Source of the DNA: an uncultured virus (IMG/VR IMGVR_UViG_3300035660_000549) | Lineage: Duplodnaviria > Heunggongvirae > Uroviricota > Caudoviricetes | Virus record (IMG/VR): IMGVR_UViG_3300035660_000549 | Strand: one strand, 5' to 3' | Length of the DNA stretch: 20,000 bases | Shown here: positions 15,324 through 20,000 of the stretch, in pieces | How the letters are laid out: every line of letters starts with the position of its first letter | Numbering within the stretch: the stretch's first letter is position 1 | The notes under the pieces: generated by a model | What the model was told of the DNA's origin: nothing | The model's database searches: none | Seen by the model: only the letters and a program-made list of their open reading frames with translations | Made by a program: the position numbers and the translations under genes

Positions 15324-18300
15324 AATAACTTCCAGTTATAACTCTAATATATCTCTCATACATATCTAAACTTGATAAACATGAAGCTCCATATCTTAGT
15401 GAAATTGTATGAATACCAGTTGTTAAGATAGTATCTTCAATCATTGTAATATTATCACATCTATCATAATTATATTTCTCTTTTATGAAAATATGATTTA
15501 AAGATGTTCCATCTACATATATCGACCAATCATAATATTGAGGAGGAGGACTAAGAAAATGAATAGAAGCATTGCATCCAGAAAATATTATTGCTTTTGC
15601 ATTGTAATCTAAAGTACATGTTAGAAAGATAGCTGTACCAGCAGCTACAGTTGAATTAATTGTATTTATTTCCTTACTATAGTAGAAGTCAGGCATCCAT
15701 CTGTCCCTAGCAGTAGTATTGTCTACAAAGCTGGTAAGCTGGTTGCCTTTAACAATCATACAATCATCAAAGCAGAATGTGCCTCCACCTCTAGAATATA
15801 TACTGGGTTTAATGAATGGCTTAGCAGGATCAACAGTAAAGGTTCCATATGCTTGTGTCCAGGTAGAAATAGTAAACACTCCTCCAGTATTTACTTCTCC
15901 TCCATATACCCCTCCAGTTCCAAGTGCATCAGAAGCCTTAACATACCAGAAAGAAATGCCAGGGCTTGTTCCAGGTACTGTCCCCTTCCACCATATAGAT
16001 AGAATAAATGAAGATGCTCCAGCCATATTAATATATGAAGGATAGTCCTCATAGGTCTCAACAGTATTAGTTGTAGCAACTCTATAACATCTACTCCCAG
16101 AATGACTTTCAACAGTAGAACTTGTTCCTAGTCCACTTCCCCATCTTCCATATTCAAATCCAGGATTGACTATCTCATTCCAGCCTATAGGAGGCTTAAC
16201 TAGTCTATCATAACTAATAGTTAATGTATTGATATTATTGTTCTGGATCACATTGTTGCTTGCAATAGAGATCAAAGATAATGTAGATATTGAACTTGAG
16301 CCAATCACTAAGTTTCCTGTATTAGTGATGTTAGTAAAGTTGAGTGTACTATTCTGGAACAACACATTATCTATTGTGCCAGCATTCAAGTCTATATTAT
16401 TAATAGTTGCAGAAGATATTACTAGATTACTAATACTTCCTATGTTGAATCCAACAGAATTACCAGATAGAGTTCCTACTTGCATATTTGTTATTGTTCC
16501 AATATTAAATTTAATTGAATTGCCAGTAATGGTTCCTGCCTGGAAGTTAGTTAATGTTCCTATATTGAAACTTAGACTATTACCAAATATAGTTCCAGCC
16601 TGGAAAGATGTTATTGTACCTATATTAAATCCAATAGAGTTTCCTGATATGGTTCCAGTCTGGAAACTAGTTATGGTTCCTATATTAAATGATATACTAT
16701 TTCCAGATATGGTACCAGCCTGAAAGTTAGTGACTGTACCAATATTAAATTGTACAGAGTTTCCTGATATAGTTCCAGCCATAAATGTAGTAATTGTTCC
16801 AATGTTAAATTGAATACTGTTCCCTGAGATAGTGCCAGATAAAAAGTTAGTAATTGTTCCAACATTATAGTTTATGCTTGTACCATAAATATTTACTATT
16901 GTTCCAGCATTGGCAACTAGAGTACCATTCACATTTGCATATAGACAAACTAGATTATTGACATTGGCTATAGTACCAATATTAGCAGTAATAACATTTA
17001 GATTGTTTATAGTGTTAGATATTGTACCAACTGTCAAGTTTCCAATATTGCCAGCATCGATATTAAAATTGACTATCTGGTTACCAGATACATAATGAGA
17101 TCTCTCTCTGAATCCCATATATACAGATTTAATTTCATCTTCTGAAAGGGCTCTATTATAGATTCTAACTTCATCAATAGTACCTTTAAAGAAATAACTA
17201 GAAATATATCCTATCTTCAATGGAAAAGTACCCGAGTCAATGTTACCAGTTGCACTCTCTCCAATATACTGTACTCCATCATAGTAACCTACTACATATG
17301 TACCATCATAAGTCATAGCAACATGATGCCATTCATTAATAGGTAACACTGGGAAAGCAATAGGATCATAAGTATAAACATCATGTATTGTTCCTCCAAT
17401 ATAGATTCCTAGACATTGTGCTCCACTAGAATCAACCCACCAGAAGTACTGATTCTCTTTACCAATAGGTCTTGGCCAGGTACTTGCTGCAATTGTTCCT
17501 CTTTTAACCCATGCCATCATAGTTATTCTAGTAACATTCAAGGTACTAGTATTAGGTACCTGGACATAATCATTTATACCATCAAAATACAGAGCATTAC
17601 CAAACTTTCCTGTAGTAAAAGATGCTCCAGATATTGATCCATTATTATCATTGCTACTATAATCCTTAGCATCATCATCAAAGGGCATATCAAGGACCAG
17701 ACCATAGCCAGAAGTTGGTAATACAAAGTTTATCTTGTCAATATTAATGGCTAGATCAGCAATGTTTCCTGCTCCTAATGAGAATCCACCAGATAGTGCA
17801 TTAATACTGGCATTAATAACATTCAAGTTCTGTATAGAATTTATTGTACTTATAATTGCTGTTATAGCATTAAGATTAGTTAGAGTATTAGATATAACTC
17901 CTATACTGGCATTAGTAGCAAATAGATTAGTAAGAGTTAGAGTACCAATTCCTCCAATAGAATTGGACCATAGATTCGTTATAGTTGCAGTCCCAATACT
18001 TCCAAGTGTATTAGCATTTAATATTCCTACACTAAGAGAGTTCACTCCAGAAATAGTGTTAGAGGTTAAGATTCCTATAGTAGCTGTCCCTATACTTCCT
18101 AGAACACTAGCATTAACTATTCCAGCTGTAAATGTTGCTATACTACTTATTTGACTTATGTTTGCCACATTAGCATTTAGAACTCCTACTGTATTGATGG
18201 TACCTACACTCATATAACCAGCAGATATAGATCCAACAGTACCGATAGTACCAATATTAGCTGTTCCAATAGTGTTTATTACTCCGATAGAATTGATCAG

Positions 18301-20000
18301 ATTAGCACTCATAGTACCTATATTGTCTATCTTACTAATACCGAAACTACCTCCAGATGCTACATTGATATTAAAAGACCCTATCGAAACTGATCCATTC
18401 CAGTAGGAATAGTCTGGAACTTCCACTTCTGGATTGTTTATAATAAATGTTACATTGTTAAAGTCTTCATCCATTAAGTTGGCTCTTCTTTTAAGTTTGA
18501 CAACTTCATCCATTACTTCCTTAGACTTCTGTGCTCTTTCTCTAATAGGATTCCTAGCTGGAGAAGAAGACAGTACTAGTTTCGTCTTCCAGTCGGATCC
18601 ATCAAATTCATCATTTATCTCTTTTACCTGGAAGGACTTTGTCTCATTGTCTAGAGTTATTGTATACCTATAACCTAAATATACAGAACTAGTACCTTCT
18701 AAAATTAGGTCTCTAACTGATTCTTCTGCCTCAGAGACCTTGGAGAGTTCTTTATAACCTGTACTTTGTAATTGTGAAGTAGAAAGATCTTTATAATATG
18801 ATTTGGAAGGGACATGCTGTCTAATACCATATGATATAGTATTAGCATTGTACACATCAACAATTGCATATCTACTAAAATGGAGACCGTCTACAGCAAT
18901 ATTTCTACCATATGCTCCTCCACCAGCTAAATAGAATGATATCCATTGTAGTACTGTTCCATAATCTCCTTCTACATTCCAGTCTGGTGACATAGTTCCA
19001 TATTCATCTTTGATTGTTATATTTTTAGAAGTCCAAGAGATAGAACTATCCCAGTTTACTCCTCCTATTTCTCCAGGATCCCATTGGGTAAAGATATATC
19101 CTGGGAAAGAATCTGGATTACTCAAATCATATTGTGATAAAAGAACATACATCCTAGGATGTCCTGCCAATAGAGGAGGAATCAAATATCCACTTTTATA
19201 TAGGTTACCTATTGCAAACTTGACTTTGATCCCAATATCCGTTGCTAGAGTTAAAGGATCAATGCTCCTTGCCATATAAACAGCATATTCTGTTTCGCCC
19301 TCTCCAATCTTGGATCTAACAGAATAAGTTCCTTCTTGTGGATTGTAAGTTGATATACCCAAAGAAGAACTAGTCCAACCAGTAAACATATCTGGCTTAT
19401 ATTTAACTGACCATCCTACAGTAGATTCAGTATATTTGTCTGTGCCTTCATATTTAGTATCTACTCCATATATTCTCAAGTAGTTCTTCACAGATTCTAT
19501 AGAGGAAATCCTTTCTTTGGAAAGAAGTACACTGAGAGATGTAGAAGTTGTATTGTAGTCTCCCTTGAAGAAATATACTGTTCCTCCTGGAGAAGTATAG
19601 AAAGATATAGAAGAGTTCTTACATAGATTCTCTATTGCATCAGAAACATTGACTGCATCATTCTTGTCTATAGAGATACTTTCTCCTGGACATTTAGTAT
19701 AGTCTCCTACCAGGCTAGTATATGAAAGGTACCTAGCCAAAGCAACTGTATCGACTTCTACTGTTTCTCCTATAGCTATTGCTTTCTTACTTGCTTCAAA
19801 GAATGGACCATATGCTTGGTATTCCCAGGTAACCAGATCCTGGCCTGTTTTCATATTTCTCCTAGTGACTATTTCTCCCTTGAACGCTTCTAGAGAATCA
19901 GCTCCTCTCAAGAATGATATAGTGACATAAGAAGCTAGTGGAAGGGAAGTATCAACCCCCTGGAACTGGAACTTAGCATTATCCCAGCCATCGAGTACTC
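15316..20000 (-). CDS. Giant modular tail/adhesin protein (>1560 aa, 5' end outside window)
   Basis: Frame open past 19911 to the window edge (VLDGWDNAKFQF...). G/N/I/T/S-rich beta-helix repeats; LamG domain ~17117-17703 (GNALYFDG..DYV, WHHVAMTYDG, FKGTIDEVRIYNRALS); CBM-like domain ~15745-16180 (IVNPGFE...FDD). Confidence 0.85.
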   Translation of the reverse strand, partial: VLDGWDNAKFQFQGVDTSLPLASYVTISFLRGADSLEAFKGEIVTRRNMKTGQDLVTWEYQAYGPFFEASKKAIAIGETVEVDTVALARYLSYTSLVGDYTKCPGESISIDKNDAVNVSDAIENLCKNSSISFYTSPGGTVYFFKGDYNTTSTSLSVLLSKERISSIESVKNYLRIYGVDTKYEGTDKYTESTVGWSVKYKPDMFTGWTSSSLGISTYNPQEGTYSVRSKIGEGETEYAVYMARSIDPLTLATDIGIKVKFAIGNLYKSGYLIPPLLAGHPRMYVLLSQYDLSNPDSFPGYIFTQWDPGEIGGVNWDSSISWTSKNITIKDEYGTMSPDWNVEGDYGTVLQWISFYLAGGGAYGRNIAVDGLHFSRYAIVDVYNANTISYGIRQHVPSKSYYKDLSTSQLQSTGYKELSKVSEAEESVRDLILEGTSSVYLGYRYTITLDNETKSFQVKEINDEFDGSDWKTKLVLSSSPARNPIRERAQKSKEVMDEVVKLKRRANLMDEDFNNVTFIINNPEVEVPDYSYWNGSVSIGSFNINVASGGSFGISKIDNIGTMSANLINSIGVINTIGTANIGTIGTVGSISAGYMSVGTINTVGVLNANVANISQISSIATFTAGIVNASVLGSIGTATIGILTSNTISGVNSLSVGILNANTLGSIGTATITNLWSNSIGGIGTLTLTNLFATNASIGVISNTLTNLNAITAIISTINSIQNLNVINASINALSGGFSLGAGNIADLAINIDKINFVLPTSGYGLVLDMPFDDDAKDYSSNDNNGSISGASFTTGKFGNALYFDGINDYVQVPNTSTLNVTRITMMAWVKRGTIAASTWPRPIGKENQYFWWVDSSGAQCLGIYIGGTIHDVYTYDPIAFPVLPINEWHHVAMTYDGTYVVGYYDGVQYIGESATGNIDSGTFPLKIGYISSYFFKGTIDEVRIYNRALSEDEIKSVYMGFRERSHYVSGNQIVNFNIDAGNIGNLTVGTISNTINNLNVITANIGTIANVNNLVCLYANVNGTLVANAGTIVNIYGTSINYNVGTITNFLSGTISGNSIQFNIGTITTFMAGTISGNSVQFNIGTVTNFQAGTISGNSISFNIGTITSFQTGTISGNSIGFNIGTITSFQAGTIFGNSLSFNIGTLTNFQAGTITGNSIKFNIGTITNMQVGTLSGNSVGFNIGSISNLVISSATINNIDLNAGTIDNVLFQNSTLNFTNITNTGNLVIGSSSISTLSLISIASNNVIQNNNINTLTISYDRLVKPPIGWNEIVNPGFEYGRWGSGLGTSSTVESHSGSRCYRVATTNTVETYEDYPSYINMAGASSFILSIWWKGTVPGTSPGISFWYVKASDALGTGGVYGGEVNTGGVFTISTWTQAYGTFTVDPAKPFIKPSIYSRGGGTFCFDDCMIVKGNQLTSFVDNTTARDRWMPDFYYSKEINTINSTVAAGTAIFLTCTLDYNAKAIIFSGCNASIHFLSPPPQYYDWSIYVDGTSLNHIFIKEKYNYDRCDNITMIEDTILTTGIHTISLRYGASCLSSLDMYERYIRVITGSYFG
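16441..16860 (-). repeat. Seven degenerate 60 bp tandem repeats (20 aa unit GTITxFQAGTISGNSIxFNI)
   Basis: Consecutive 60 nt lines 16441-16860 align with each other; the protein shows the same period. Confidence 0.9.

Noticed and set aside
16441..16860. 60 bp periodic repeats as a CRISPR array or DGR template
   Set aside because: They are in-frame coding repeats with degenerate variation. There is no constant repeat with unique spacers and no reverse transcriptase in the window.
15719..19279. ORFs overlapping the tail gene (for example 16229..16723, 17735..18154)
   Set aside because: Antisense or alternative-frame shadows of a low-complexity repetitive CDS.
1..20000. TAG stop-codon reassignment suggested by abundant CTAG
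   Set aside because: Long genes translate intact with the standard code, and several ORFs end in TAG just before the next gene's SD or start.

Overview
This AT-rich window looks like part of a tailed dsDNA virus (Caudoviricetes) genome. An archaeal host is likely, given GGTGA/GGAGG ribosome-binding sites, BRE-TATA-like promoters and many Zn-ribbon microproteins. Left to right: (i) a minus-strand peptide/amide-ligase cassette (RimK-like ATP-grasp, GCS2-type carboxylate-amine ligase, class II glutamine amidotransferase, second degenerate ATP-grasp); (ii) a dense minus-strand array of small, often CxxC proteins; (iii) a ~2.8 kb segment with no CTAG or GATC, although the flanks are CTAG-enriched, headed by a stand-alone DDE integrase/transposase-like gene; (iv) a divergent plus-strand terS-terL pair with no portal after it; (v) a convergent, 5'-truncated giant tail/adhesin gene (beta-helix repeats, LamG, CBM-like). 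Functional calls come from motif recognition by eye and counts are hand counts.
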